Shown in pieces: positions 21,758-31,762 of a stretch of 64,000 nucleotides of DNA. This DNA is from Escherichia coli. Its GTDB lineage: Bacteria; Pseudomonadota; Gammaproteobacteria; Enterobacterales; Enterobacteriaceae. Location: assembly GCF_030013205.1 (NCBI RefSeq), contig NZ_CP122648.1. The stretch is one strand, 5' to 3'. Made by a program: the position numbers and the translations under genes. The notes beneath the pieces are model-generated. The model did no database searches. It had not been told where the DNA came from and worked only from the letters and a program-made list of their open reading frames with translations. Positions within the stretch are counted from its first letter, which is position 1, and the number at the start of each line of letters is the position of its first letter.

Positions 21758-24700
21758 ATGAAATTCACTGAAGATACCCGAGTAAAAATCCCCGTCATCC
21801 TCCACCTGATACGGCTGGGCTACCACTACCTGTCCCTTAAAGAACAACGCTGGGACAAAGAAACCAATATCTTCCCTGACCTCTTCACCGCTGCGATTGG
21901 CAGAATAAATCCCGGACTTGTGCCAGACGACATCGGACGCCTGTTAAAAGACCTCACGCTGCTTCTCGACAACGATGATCTGGGCCGCGCCTTCTTCGAA
22001 AAACTCAGTGACCGTTCCGGTATCAAACTGATCGACTTTGATAACTTCAACAACAACAGTTTCCATGTCGTCACCGAACTGACCTGCGAAAACGGTGATG
22101 AAGAATTCCGCCCGGACATCACGCTGCTGATCAACGGCATGCCGCTAATCTTTATCGAAGTGAAAAAACCCAACAATCGGGAAGGCATCGTCGCAGAACG
22201 CAACCGCATCAACGAACGCTTTAAAAACCCCAAATTCAAACGCTTCGCCAACATCACCCAGTTCATGATCTTCTCCAATAACATGGAGTATGACGACAGC
22301 GACCCGGAGCCGATTCAAGGGGCATTCTACGCCAGCAGCTCTTACAGCAACCCGGTATTCAACTACTTCCGCGAAGAAGAACTCTTCAACCTGACCAACT
22401 TACTGAAACCGCTGTCAGAAGAAACCGAAATCGCCGTCCTGAAAGACAACAACCTGGAAGTGATCCGCACCAACCCGGAATTTCAGACCAACAAAGATCA
22501 CAACCGCCCGACAAACCGCCTCTGCACCGCGCTGTTGAGCCGGGATCGGCTGGCATTTATCCTGCGCTATGCGCTGGTGTATGTAGCCGAACCGGGCGGC
22601 ATCCAAAAACACATCATGCGCTACCCGCAGCTCTTCGCCACCAAAGCGATTGAGCGCAAACTGAACGTTGGCGTGAAAAAAGGCATTATCTGGCACACCC
22701 AGGGCAGTGGGAAAACCGCATTGGCATACTACAACGTGCGCTTCCTGACAGATTACTTCCAGAATCAGCAGGTGATCCCGAAATTCTACTTTATTGTCGA
22801 TCGCCTTGATCTGCTCCAGCAGGCGCAGCGTGAATTCACCGCCCGTGGCTTAATCGTTCACCTTATCGACTCCCGCGAAGCCTTCACCCGCGATATCAAA
22901 GCGACGCAGGCGCTGCACAACCACCACGGCAAAGCGGAAATCACCGTCGTCAACATCCAGAAATTCCGCGATGACCCGGATGTCGTCACCACCAAAGACT
23001 ACGACATCAACATCCAACGCGTGTACTTCCTCGATGAAGTCCACCGCAGCTACAACCCCAAAGGGAGCTTCCTGGCGAATTTAAGCCAGTCGGACACCAA
23101 CGCCATCAAAATTGGCCTGACCGGTACGCCTCTGCTGGGCACAGACTACAACTCCCGCGACCTCTTCGGCGACTACATCCACAAATACTACTACAACGCC
23201 TCCATTGCCGACGGCTACACGCTGCGCCTGATCCGTGAAGAGATCGCCACCAACTACCGGATGATCCTGCAACAGGCGCTAAAAGACGTAGAAGTCAGAA
23301 TGGGCGATGTGGATCGCAAAGACATCTACGCCCATCCCAGTTTCGTCAAACCGATGCTGAACTACATCGTCACCGACTTTGCCAAAAGCCGGGGCGCACT
23401 GAATGATGACACCATCGGCGGCATGGTGATTTGCGACAGCTCAGAACAGGCCAAGCAGATGTTTGAGATATTCAACACTGACTACGCCGAATCGCCCACC
23501 GCTGCCGATGACGTAGCCGAAGAAATGCCGGTATTACAGGCCGCAGAGCCTGCCGCCGTTTACCAGATCCACGCCAAAGAAACGCGGAAAATCAAACGCG
23601 CCGCCCTGATCCTGCACGACGTCGGCAGCAAGCAGGAGCGCAAAGAATGGGTGGATCAATTCAAAGCGGGCGAGATTGACCTGCTGTTCGTCTACAACAT
23701 GTTGCTCACGGGCTTTGACGCCAAACGGCTAAAAAAACTCTACCTCGGGCGGGTGATCAGAAAGCACAACCTGCTCCAGGCGCTGACCCGCGTCAACCGA
23801 ACCTACAACCACTTCCGCTACGGCTATGTGGTGGACTTCGCCGACATCCGCCAGGAATTTGACGCCACCAACAAAGCCTACTTCGAAGAGCTACAGGCTG
23901 AACTGGGCGATGAAATGGAGCATTACTCCCGCCTGTTCAAATCAGCGGATGAGATTCGCGAAGAAATCGAACATATCAAAGACGTTCTGTTTAGCTTCGA
24001 TACCGAAAACGCGGAAATCTTCACTGACCAGATAAGCCAGATCCAGGACCGGGAAACCGCGCTGGTACTGAAAAACGCGCTGGCCGACGCCCGCAGCCTT
24101 TACAACCTGATTCGCCTCCAGGGCAACACAGAGTTTCTCCAGGCGCTGGATTTCAACAAACTCAACATCCTCTACCGCGAAGCCAGCCGCCGCCTCGACT
24201 TACTCAACCTGAAAGCGGATCTGGAACAGGGTGTTGACCTCTCCGGCCTGCTGAACCGGGCGCTGGAAGAGGTGATCTTTGAATTCCACAAAGTGGGCGA
24301 AGAAGAGCTGGTACTGGCCGACGAGCTGAAAGAGACGCTGCGCCGCACCCGCGAAGCGCTGGCCGCCAACTTCGACCAGCAGGACCCGCAGTTCGTCAGC
24401 CTGAAAGACGAACTGGAGCGTCTGTTTAAGAAAAAGAAACTCAGCGAAGTCACCCAGCAAGAAATGGTTGCGAATATCGGCACACTCAATAAAATTCATG
24501 GCCGCATCAAAGAGCTAAACCGCCAAAACAACCTGCTGCGCCAGAAATACCGGGGCGACGTGAAATACGCGCGTACCCACAAACGCCTGCGCGAGCGCGG
24601 CGGCCTGAGCGAGCCGGAGCGAAAAATCTTCGAAGCACTGCTTAGCGTTAAGCTGGATGCAGATGAAAAAGTGCTGAACAACAGCCAGATACTGAACAAT

Positions 24701-24856
24701 GAAAGCTATTTTGAGCGGCATATGGAGTCATGCGTCATCACGCACTTTGAGGATGAGCACCATATCACTCTGACCTCCAGTGCGGTAAGCGACATCAACC
24801 GCCTGATTGTGGCGGAATACCTGAACGAATTTAATACCGGAGCACGAACGTGGTAG
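21758..24856 (+). CDS. hsdR: Type I restriction enzyme R subunit (HsdR)
   Basis: About 1033 aa; PD-(D/E)xK nuclease region (RPDITLL...IFIEVKK), helicase motif I (TQGSGKT) and motif II (DEVHRS); stop overlaps hsdM start. Confidence 0.9.
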   Translation: MKFTEDTRVKIPVILHLIRLGYHYLSLKEQRWDKETNIFPDLFTAAIGRINPGLVPDDIGRLLKDLTLLLDNDDLGRAFFEKLSDRSGIKLIDFDNFNNNSFHVVTELTCENGDEEFRPDITLLINGMPLIFIEVKKPNNREGIVAERNRINERFKNPKFKRFANITQFMIFSNNMEYDDSDPEPIQGAFYASSSYSNPVFNYFREEELFNLTNLLKPLSEETEIAVLKDNNLEVIRTNPEFQTNKDHNRPTNRLCTALLSRDRLAFILRYALVYVAEPGGIQKHIMRYPQLFATKAIERKLNVGVKKGIIWHTQGSGKTALAYYNVRFLTDYFQNQQVIPKFYFIVDRLDLLQQAQREFTARGLIVHLIDSREAFTRDIKATQALHNHHGKAEITVVNIQKFRDDPDVVTTKDYDINIQRVYFLDEVHRSYNPKGSFLANLSQSDTNAIKIGLTGTPLLGTDYNSRDLFGDYIHKYYYNASIADGYTLRLIREEIATNYRMILQQALKDVEVRMGDVDRKDIYAHPSFVKPMLNYIVTDFAKSRGALNDDTIGGMVICDSSEQAKQMFEIFNTDYAESPTAADDVAEEMPVLQAAEPAAVYQIHAKETRKIKRAALILHDVGSKQERKEWVDQFKAGEIDLLFVYNMLLTGFDAKRLKKLYLGRVIRKHNLLQALTRVNRTYNHFRYGYVVDFADIRQEFDATNKAYFEELQAELGDEMEHYSRLFKSADEIREEIEHIKDVLFSFDTENAEIFTDQISQIQDRETALVLKNALADARSLYNLIRLQGNTEFLQALDFNKLNILYREASRRLDLLNLKADLEQGVDLSGLLNRALEEVIFEFHKVGEEELVLADELKETLRRTREALAANFDQQDPQFVSLKDELERLFKKKKLSEVTQQEMVANIGTLNKIHGRIKELNRQNNLLRQKYRGDVKYARTHKRLRERGGLSEPERKIFEALLSVKLDADEKVLNNSQILNNESYFERHMESCVITHFEDEHHITLTSSAVSDINRLIVAEYLNEFNTGARTW

Positions 24857-26487
24857 AACTGGAATTTAGAGACAAAACCAAAGCCCTGATCGACAGCCTG
24901 AAAAGTATCTGTGCGAACTACGGCCTGGGCAACGACGGTAACGAATTCAAAATTATCACTCAGGCATTCCTGTACAAATTCCTGAACGACAAATTCGCTT
25001 TTGAGGCCAAACAGAAAGATAAAAGTATCGCCAGCGCCGAAAGCTGGGAAGATGCGCTCAGCGCAATGAGCGAAGATCAACTGAAAAAGCTGCAACAGCG
25101 GATGGCCCCGGATACCGCCCGCCTGAAGCCGCACCATTTTATTCGTTACTTGTATAACCGACAAAACGCAGCGGACTTTGCCAGAACTTTTGACGACACC
25201 CTGATGGACATCGCCGCCACCAACAACGACGTCTTCGCGGTCAAAACCGACGGCGGCGCGAAAGTGGTGCTGTTTGAACGCCTCAGCCAGTACATCGCCG
25301 ACGAATCAAAGCGCGATGACTTCTGCCGCGCCATTATCAACAAACTGGCCGATTTCAGCTTTGAACGCATCTTCACGCAGAAATTCGACTTCTACGCCAC
25401 TATCTTTGAATATCTGATCAAAGACTACAACAGCAACTCCGGCGGCAAATACGCGGAATACTACACGCCCCACGCCGTGGCGCGCATCATGGCGGAAATC
25501 CTGGTGCCGAAAGCACAACAGGGCGTGGTGCGCAACGTAAGCTGTTACGACCCGTCCGCCGGTTCCGGCACCTTACTGATGAACGTGGCGCACGCCATCG
25601 GGGAAGATCGTTGCAGCATCTTTGCGCAGGACATCTCGCAGAAATCCTCCAGCCTGCTGCACCTGAACCTGATCCTCAACAATCTGGTGCATTCGATCCC
25701 CAACGTTATTCAGGGCAACACCATTCTGCACCCGTTCCACAAGGACGGCAGCGCGCTGAAACGCTTTGACTACATCGTCTCCAACCCGCCGTTTAAGATG
25801 GATTTCAGCGACTTTCGCGACGATCTTGACAGCAAGGAAAACCAGCAACGTTTCTTTGCGGGGATACCGAAAGTCAAAGCCAAAGCCAGGGACAAAATGG
25901 AAATTTACCAGTTGTTCCTGCAACACATCATCTTCTCGCTGAAACCGGATGGGAAGGCGGCGGTCGTGGTGCCGACAGGCTTTATCACCGCGCAATCGGG
26001 TATTGATAAAGGCATTCGTGAACATCTGGTGAAAAACAAGATGCTGGCGGGCGTGGTTTCCATGCCGTCGAATATCTTCGCCACCACCGGCACCAACGTG
26101 TCGATCCTGTTTATTGACGCCAGCAACAAAGAGAAAGTGGTATTGATCGACGCCTCAAATTTAGGTGAAAAGGTCAAAGACGGTAAAAACCAGAAAACGG
26201 TACTGACTGAAGAAGAAGAGCAGCGCATCTGCGAAGTGTTCAACAATAAGTGGAGCGAAGAGGATTTCTCGGTGGTGGTCAGCTATGACGACATCGCCGG
26301 GAAAAATTACTCGTTCAGCGCCGGGCAGTATTTTGATGTGAAAATTGAATACACCGATATGACGCCAGAACAGTTTGCCGCGAAGATGAAAGGGTTTACG
26401 GAGAACCTGGAGAGTTTGTTTAGCCAGTCGCGCGAGCTGGAAGCCGAGATTAAGAAGCAGATGGCGGGGCTGAAGTATGATAGTTAA
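24850..26487 (+). CDS. hsdM: Type I restriction-modification N6-adenine methyltransferase (HsdM)
   Basis: 545 aa; AdoMet motif (DPSAGSGTLLM) and catalytic NPPF; GTG start. Confidence 0.9.
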   Translation: MVELEFRDKTKALIDSLKSICANYGLGNDGNEFKIITQAFLYKFLNDKFAFEAKQKDKSIASAESWEDALSAMSEDQLKKLQQRMAPDTARLKPHHFIRYLYNRQNAADFARTFDDTLMDIAATNNDVFAVKTDGGAKVVLFERLSQYIADESKRDDFCRAIINKLADFSFERIFTQKFDFYATIFEYLIKDYNSNSGGKYAEYYTPHAVARIMAEILVPKAQQGVVRNVSCYDPSAGSGTLLMNVAHAIGEDRCSIFAQDISQKSSSLLHLNLILNNLVHSIPNVIQGNTILHPFHKDGSALKRFDYIVSNPPFKMDFSDFRDDLDSKENQQRFFAGIPKVKAKARDKMEIYQLFLQHIIFSLKPDGKAAVVVPTGFITAQSGIDKGIREHLVKNKMLAGVVSMPSNIFATTGTNVSILFIDASNKEKVVLIDASNLGEKVKDGKNQKTVLTEEEEQRICEVFNNKWSEEDFSVVVSYDDIAGKNYSFSAGQYFDVKIEYTDMTPEQFAAKMKGFTENLESLFSQSRELEAEIKKQMAGLKYDS

Positions 26488-26492
26488 AACCT

Positions 26493-27740
26493 TTGATTGA
26501 ACTTTCAAAAAAAATATCAAGCGGACTAACTCCTCTTCGTAGTAATCCTGAATTCTGGGATAATGGAACTATTCCGTGGTTAAAGACGGAGCAGCTTGGC
26601 GAAAAATATATTTATGAAACGAATGAACATATTTCAGAAGTAGCATTGGAAAAAACAGCGATTCGTCTTTTCCCTGTTAATTCGCTATCAATTGCAATGT
26701 ATGGCGAAGGTAAAACTCGAGGCAATTTGTCTATCCTGAAAAAATCAATGGCTACAAATCAGGCCTGTTGCAATGTTGAGATTGATTCTGATAAAGCTGA
26801 TTATGAATATGTTTATTATTTTTTAAAGACACAATATGATGAGCTTCGCCAGCTATCTTCCGGTGTTAGAAAAAACCTTAATTCTAACGATATAAAAAAC
26901 TACCCTATTCGTTTGCCATCCTCTCTGGACGAACAACGAAAAATTGCCTGTGTATTAAAAGTATTAGATGACAAACTTGCTCTCAACAACCGCATCAACG
27001 CCGAACTGGAAGCGATGGCGAAAACGCTGTATGACTACTGGTTTGTACAGTTTGATTTCCCTGATGCCGACGGAAAACCGTATAAAACCTCCGGCGGTAA
27101 GATGGAGTATAACGCCACGCTGAAACGGGAAATTCCGGCGGGGTGGAATGACTCCATTCTTGGTAAGTTTATTGAGTTAGATCGTGGCGTTACTTATAGC
27201 AAAGAGGATGTTCGAACTCAGGATGATAAAGATACGATAGGCATTCTTCGCGCTACAAATGTGACGGGAAATAATGTTGATATTGATGATTTAGTCTTCA
27301 TTCCTTCTAGTAGAGTAAACGTTAATCAAATGCTAAATAAATTTGACATATTGATCGTGATGTCAAGTGGTAGTAAGGAGCATGTAGGGAAGAATGGCGT
27401 GTATTATTTCGAAAAAAAACATGCATTTGGCGCATTTTGTTCAAAAATTACACCCGTCAGAAAATACAGATATTTTATAAATACATTCCTGCAATCGAAA
27501 TGGTTTAAGTCTTATATAAACAATCAGTGCTTGGGAACTAATATTAATAACCTGACCAATACGCATATCACTAATTGTGAAATCATATGCCCCACTCCTG
27601 ATGTTGTGGCGTTATTCGAGAATAAAATGATGCCAATTTATAATAAACTGGCATCAAACACTCAAGAGAATAGTCATTTAATCCAACTCCGCGACTGGCT
27701 CCTCCCTCTACTTATGAACGGACAGGTCACGGTCAAATAA
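26493..27740 (+). CDS. hsdS: Type I restriction-modification specificity subunit (HsdS), two target-recognition domains
   Basis: 415 aa; two TRDs separated by a central conserved region (YDYWFVQFDFPD...IPAGW); AT-rich; TTG start 5 nt after hsdM stop. Confidence 0.85.
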   Translation: MIELSKKISSGLTPLRSNPEFWDNGTIPWLKTEQLGEKYIYETNEHISEVALEKTAIRLFPVNSLSIAMYGEGKTRGNLSILKKSMATNQACCNVEIDSDKADYEYVYYFLKTQYDELRQLSSGVRKNLNSNDIKNYPIRLPSSLDEQRKIACVLKVLDDKLALNNRINAELEAMAKTLYDYWFVQFDFPDADGKPYKTSGGKMEYNATLKREIPAGWNDSILGKFIELDRGVTYSKEDVRTQDDKDTIGILRATNVTGNNVDIDDLVFIPSSRVNVNQMLNKFDILIVMSSGSKEHVGKNGVYYFEKKHAFGAFCSKITPVRKYRYFINTFLQSKWFKSYINNQCLGTNINNLTNTHITNCEIICPTPDVVALFENKMMPIYNKLASNTQENSHLIQLRDWLLPLLMNGQVTVK

Positions 27741-27866
27741 TCCCCGGCGTGGTTTTGCGAGGCGCATTCCAGATCCGCATTGCGCCGCACTCACCGCAGC
27801 AAAACCGCTTGCCGTTCATAACCGATCGCAGTATCTTTCTCCCGCGCCTGCAAAATCAGGCGTCGG

Positions 27867-27897
27867 GATTAGCCTCCTGAAAACCGTTACAGGCGAC
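27867..27897 (+). repeat. Copy 1 of repeated motif GATTAGCCTC...AAACCGTTACAGG
   Basis: Recurs at 28033..28077; an inverted partial copy CCTGTAACG lies at 27987..27995. Confidence 0.45.
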
Positions 27898-27901
27898 ACT
27901 T

Positions 27902-27921
27902 GACGCACCAGCGTCTTTTTT
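27902..27921 (+). terminator. Rho-independent terminator after hsdS
   Basis: GACGC-acca-GCGTC hairpin followed by TTTTTT. Confidence 0.5.
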
Positions 27922-28032
27922 GTGTCGTGCGTTCGGCTACACCTCAATGGCGGGCCGGGCGGGGGCGTCGCAAGACGCGCCGGTTTCCTGTAACGCCGGT
28001 AAGGCTAACCCCGTCCGGTTCCGCCCCCATGA

Positions 28033-28077
28033 GATTAGCCTCTCTAGTGGCGGACATAATAAACCGTTACAGGAGAC
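28033..28077 (+). repeat. Copy 2 of repeated motif, immediately upstream of the hypothetical gene start
   Basis: GATTAGCCTC at 28033..28042 and AAACCGTTACAGG at 28061..28073; ends 6 nt before the ATG at 28083 and contains its SD (AGGAG). Confidence 0.45.
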
Positions 28078-28082
28078 GCCCT

Positions 28083-28553
28083 ATGGCTACAATCCTCATC
28101 TCTGACTGCGATTTACTCGATCTATTGTCCGCTCCCTTCAATGCCACCACGGATTTCACCGTCCTGGCCGACTACTGCGCCCGCTTCGCCGAAACCCTGA
28201 TAGAAACCGACGATCCGGCGCTGCGGCTGGCGCTCTGCGGACGGCTTCACGCGGCTCTTGCGCTATTGCAACCCACGCTGCACGACCCCATCCCGCCGCA
28301 TCTGATTGAAAGCCTGACCGTTGATACCCTTCCCGCCACACCAGAGCACTTTATTTCCGAACCAGATTCCTTGTGCGAATACTGCCTCGCGCTGCTCCAG
28401 CTACTGCTGGAACGTCCAGCAGAGCCAAAAACGGAACAAACCCTGACCGGGCTTCTGTGTGAGCTGGTCTGGAATTTCACGGAAGGACTCAAATCCCCGC
28501 GCTGGCTGCGTACCGCCGACGGCGTAAAATTTATCAGTGAGGTGGCCGCATGA
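28083..28553 (+). CDS. Acidic, Leu-rich hypothetical protein (157 aa), function unknown
   Basis: Start chosen at the SD-preceded ATG 28083 ([15 protein letters not shown]...); no motif I can place; the track ORF from 27900 is probably 5'-extended. Confidence 0.5.
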   Translation: MATILISDCDLLDLLSAPFNATTDFTVLADYCARFAETLIETDDPALRLALCGRLHAALALLQPTLHDPIPPHLIESLTVDTLPATPEHFISEPDSLCEYCLALLQLLLERPAEPKTEQTLTGLLCELVWNFTEGLKSPRWLRTADGVKFISEVAA

Positions 28554-28707
28554 TGCAACAGGACTGACATTCCGCCAACATTATTGCGGTGCTGAAAAAG
28601 CGGGGAACGCCTCTGGCGGCACAGAGAAAAACTCATTGCGGAAGCGCTGTAAATATCGCCAGAAATCATCTGGTCCTCAAGGTACTTTGATAGCAAAGGC
28701 AAGCAGG

Positions 28708-28902
28708 CTGGTTCAGTCCAGTGTTTCTCTTCTTGCATTTTCAGAAATGGGAGGCTGGGAGTCTATCGAAATGGTTCGTCGATATGCTCACCTTGCACCT
28801 AATCACCTTACCGAACACGCACGGCAAATAGACTCAGTCCTGAACCCATCGGTCCCAAATTTGTCCCAGTCAAAAAATAAGGAAGGTACTAATGATGTGT
28901 AA
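28708..28902 (+). pseudogene. 3' remnant (about 64 codons) of a phage-type tyrosine integrase
   Basis: C-terminal ...[30 protein letters not shown]... carries the catalytic Tyr motif; upstream part of ORF 28537..28902 has no integrase similarity; ends 15 bp from the thrW 3' end. Confidence 0.75.
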
Positions 28903-28916
28903 CTTATTGATTTAAA

Positions 28917-28992
28917 TGGTGCCGATAATAGGAGTCGAACCTACGACCTTCGCATTACGAATGCGCTGCTCTACCAACTGAGCTATATCGGC
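28917..28992 (-). tRNA. thrW: tRNA-Thr (anticodon CGU)
   Basis: Minus strand reads GCCGATATAGCTCAGTTGGTAGAGCAGCGCATTCGTAATGCGAAGGTCGTAGGTTCGACTCCTATTATCGGCACCA: 76 nt with encoded CCA and a CGT anticodon loop. Confidence 0.93.
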
Positions 28993-29106
28993 CCTGAAAG
29001 GACATGTTCACGAACGTGAATCACGGTGGACAAGGTTAAAACTAACCGGGCGATGCGTCAATGGCCTTGTGAATCAAATGGCTACTTTTGCATCACCCGG
29101 TTTTAT

Positions 29107-30360
29107 TTACGCACGAATGGTGTAATCACCAATGCCGATCCACTTGTAAGTGGTCAGTGCTTCCAGCCCCATTGGGCCACGCGCGTGGAGTTTTTGTGTG
29201 CTTACCGCCACTTCCGCACCCAGACCAAACTGGCCGCCGTCGGTAAAACGCGTAGAGGCGTTAACGTAAACAGCGGACGAATCCACTTCGTTAACAAAAC
29301 GCTGGGCGTTGCGCATATCGCGAGTCAGGATCGCATCGGAGTGTTGCGTGCCGTGTTCACGAATATGGGCGATGGCATCGTCAAGATCGCTGACGATTTT
29401 GACGTTCAAATCTAATGACAGAAACTCATCGTCATACTCTTCCGCTTTAACAGCCACCACCTTCGCGGGGCCTGTCTGCAACTGCGCCAGTGCACCTGCA
29501 TCAGCGTGTAACGTCACGCCACTTTCCGCCATTTGTTTGCTTAATGCGGGCAGGAAACTATCGGCGATGTTTTTATTCACCAGCAACGTTTCAACCGTAT
29601 TACATGTGCTCGGTCGCTGAGTTTTCGCGTTGACGATCACTTTTAATGCTTCAGCGATCTCCGCGCTTTCATCAACGTAAATATGGCATACGCCTATACC
29701 ACCTGTGATCACCGGGATCGTCGACTGTTCGCGGCACAGTTTATGCAGGCCAGCGCCACCACGCGGGATCAGCATGTCGATGTATTTATCCATACGCAGC
29801 ATTTCACTGACCAGCGCACGGTCAGGATTATCAATCGCCTGCACGGCACCCGCCGGTAAGCCGCAGGATTTCAGGGCGTCCTGAATCACCGCCACCGTTG
29901 CAGCGTTAGTGCGACAGGTTTCTTTGCCACCACGCAGGATCACTGCGTTACCGGTTTTCAGGCACAGCGAAGCGACATCAACCGTCACGTTCGGGCGAGC
30001 TTCATAAATCACGCCAATAACCCCCAGCGGTACGCGACGACGCTCAAGACGCAGGCCGCTGTCCAGTACGCCACCATCAATCACCTGCCCCACCGGATCG
30101 GCGAGGTTGCACACCTGGCGCACATCATCGGCAATGCCTTTCAGCCGTGCGGGCGTCAGTGCCAGACGGTCAAGCATCGCTTCGCTAAGGCCATTGGCAC
30201 GCGCGTCAGCAACATCCTGGGCGTTAGCGTTGAGGATGATTTCGCTTTGTGCTTCCAGTTCATCGGCGATTTTTTCCAGCACACGATTTTTTTCGCGGCT
30301 GGAGAGTTGCGCTAATTTATACGAGGCTTGCTTTGCGGCAATGCCCATTTGTTCCAGCAT
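29107..30360 (-). CDS. proA: Gamma-glutamyl phosphate reductase
   Basis: 417 aa; sequence and proB-proA synteny. Confidence 0.95.
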   Translation of the reverse strand: MLEQMGIAAKQASYKLAQLSSREKNRVLEKIADELEAQSEIILNANAQDVADARANGLSEAMLDRLALTPARLKGIADDVRQVCNLADPVGQVIDGGVLDSGLRLERRRVPLGVIGVIYEARPNVTVDVASLCLKTGNAVILRGGKETCRTNAATVAVIQDALKSCGLPAGAVQAIDNPDRALVSEMLRMDKYIDMLIPRGGAGLHKLCREQSTIPVITGGIGVCHIYVDESAEIAEALKVIVNAKTQRPSTCNTVETLLVNKNIADSFLPALSKQMAESGVTLHADAGALAQLQTGPAKVVAVKAEEYDDEFLSLDLNVKIVSDLDDAIAHIREHGTQHSDAILTRDMRNAQRFVNEVDSSAVYVNASTRFTDGGQFGLGAEVAVSTQKLHARGPMGLEALTTYKWIGIGDYTIRA

Positions 30361-30371
30361 CGGCCAGCTCC

Positions 30372-31475
30372 TTAACGGGTAATCATGTCATCACGGTGAA
30401 CGGCAACCGGGCCATATTCATATCCCAGTATTGCATCAATTTCTTGCGAGTGGTGTCCGGCAATGCGGCGTAATGCATCGCTGTTGTAACGACTGACGCC
30501 GTGGGCGATATCGCGACCTTCGAGGTTGCAAATGCGGATGACTTCACCACGCGAGAAATTGCCAGTTACGCTCTTAATGCCTTTCGGCAACAGGGAGCTG
30601 CCGCGTTCAAGAATGGCGGCGGTTGCCCCTTCATCTAGCGTGATTTCACCCGCAGGTGGTGCACCGAAAATCCAGCGTTTACGGTTTTCAAGCGGAGTCG
30701 CCTGGGCATGGAACAGCGTACCGACGGAAATGCCTTCCATCACGTCACCAATAACGCCCGGCTTGCTGCCCGCGGCAATAATGGTGTCGATACCCGCACG
30801 GCAAGCCACGTCCGCGGCCTGCAATTTGGTACTCATGCCGCCAGTTCCGAGGCCTGAAACGCTGTCGCCAGCAATCGCGCGCAGTGCGTCATCAATGCCG
30901 TAAACATCTTTAATCAGTTCTGCCTGCGGATTGCTGCGCGGGTCAGCGGTATACAAACCTTTTTGATCGGTCAGCAGCAACAGTTTATCGGCACCCGCCA
31001 GAATCGCCGCCAGCGCAGAAAGATTGTCGTTATCGCCGACCTTAATCTCTGCCGTAGCAACAGCATCGTTCTCATTGATTACCGGAACGATATTGTTATC
31101 GAGCAACGCACGCAGGGTGTCGCGGGCGTTCAGGAAGCGTTCACGGTCTTCCATATCAGCACGGGTCAGCAGCATTTGCCCGACGTGAATGCCATAAATA
31201 GAAAACAGCTGTTCCCACAGTTGAATCAGTCGACTCTGCCCTACCGCCGCCAGCAGTTGTTTCGAGGCGATAGTCGCTGGCAGTTCCGGGTAACCCAGGT
31301 GCTCACGTCCGGCGGCGATCGCGCCCGACGTCACAATAACAATCCGATGCCCGGCGGCATGTAACTGCGCGCACTGGCGAACAAGTTCAACGATATGGGC
31401 ACGGTTCAGACGGCGCGATCCGCCTGTTAGCACACTGGTGCCGAGTTTTACCACCAGCGTCTGGCTGTCACTCAT
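30372..31475 (-). CDS. proB: Glutamate 5-kinase
   Basis: Start at [16 protein letters not shown] (367 aa); the track ORF is 5'-extended. Confidence 0.95.
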   Translation of the reverse strand: MSDSQTLVVKLGTSVLTGGSRRLNRAHIVELVRQCAQLHAAGHRIVIVTSGAIAAGREHLGYPELPATIASKQLLAAVGQSRLIQLWEQLFSIYGIHVGQMLLTRADMEDRERFLNARDTLRALLDNNIVPVINENDAVATAEIKVGDNDNLSALAAILAGADKLLLLTDQKGLYTADPRSNPQAELIKDVYGIDDALRAIAGDSVSGLGTGGMSTKLQAADVACRAGIDTIIAAGSKPGVIGDVMEGISVGTLFHAQATPLENRKRWIFGAPPAGEITLDEGATAAILERGSSLLPKGIKSVTGNFSRGEVIRICNLEGRDIAHGVSRYNSDALRRIAGHHSQEIDAILGYEYGPVAVHRDDMITR

Positions 31476-31663
31476 GATTCTCTGCCATTCAATTTTAGGA
31501 AAAATGATATCAAACGAACGTTTTAGCAGGACTGTCGTCGGTTGCCAACCATCTGCGAGCAAAGCATGGTGTTTTGTTGCGCGGGATCAGCAAGCGTAGC
31601 GGCAGTTGTTTACGCTTTTATTACAGATTTAATAAATTACCACATTTTAAGAATATTATTAAT

Positions 31664-31681
31664 CTGTAATATATCTTTAAC
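31664..31681 (+). promoter_or_regulatory. Pho box (PhoB site) in the phoE promoter
   Basis: CTGTAATATATCTTTAAC resembles the Pho box consensus; lies about 80 bp upstream of phoE. Confidence 0.55.
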
Positions 31682-31762
31682 AATCTCAGGTTAAAAATTT
31701 TCCTGTTTTCAACGGGACTCTCCCGCTGAATATTCGCGCGTTAATTAAAATCAGGAATGAAA

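Noticed and set aside
22415..25164. Several 60-150 aa minus-strand ORFs inside hsdR and the hsdM start
   Set aside because: Antisense shadow ORFs with low-complexity Val/Gly/Arg-rich translations; the plus-strand genes carry clear R-M motifs.
28537..28707. N-terminal 57 codons of ORF 28537..28902 as part of an intact small integrase
   Set aside because: Only the last 64 codons resemble integrase; the upstream part has no similarity and overlaps the hypothetical gene end, so it is a gene remnant, not a functional integrase.
30372..31562. 396-aa version of proB starting at 31562
   Set aside because: Glutamate 5-kinase starts at [10 protein letters not shown] (31475); the upstream 29 codons are not conserved sequence.
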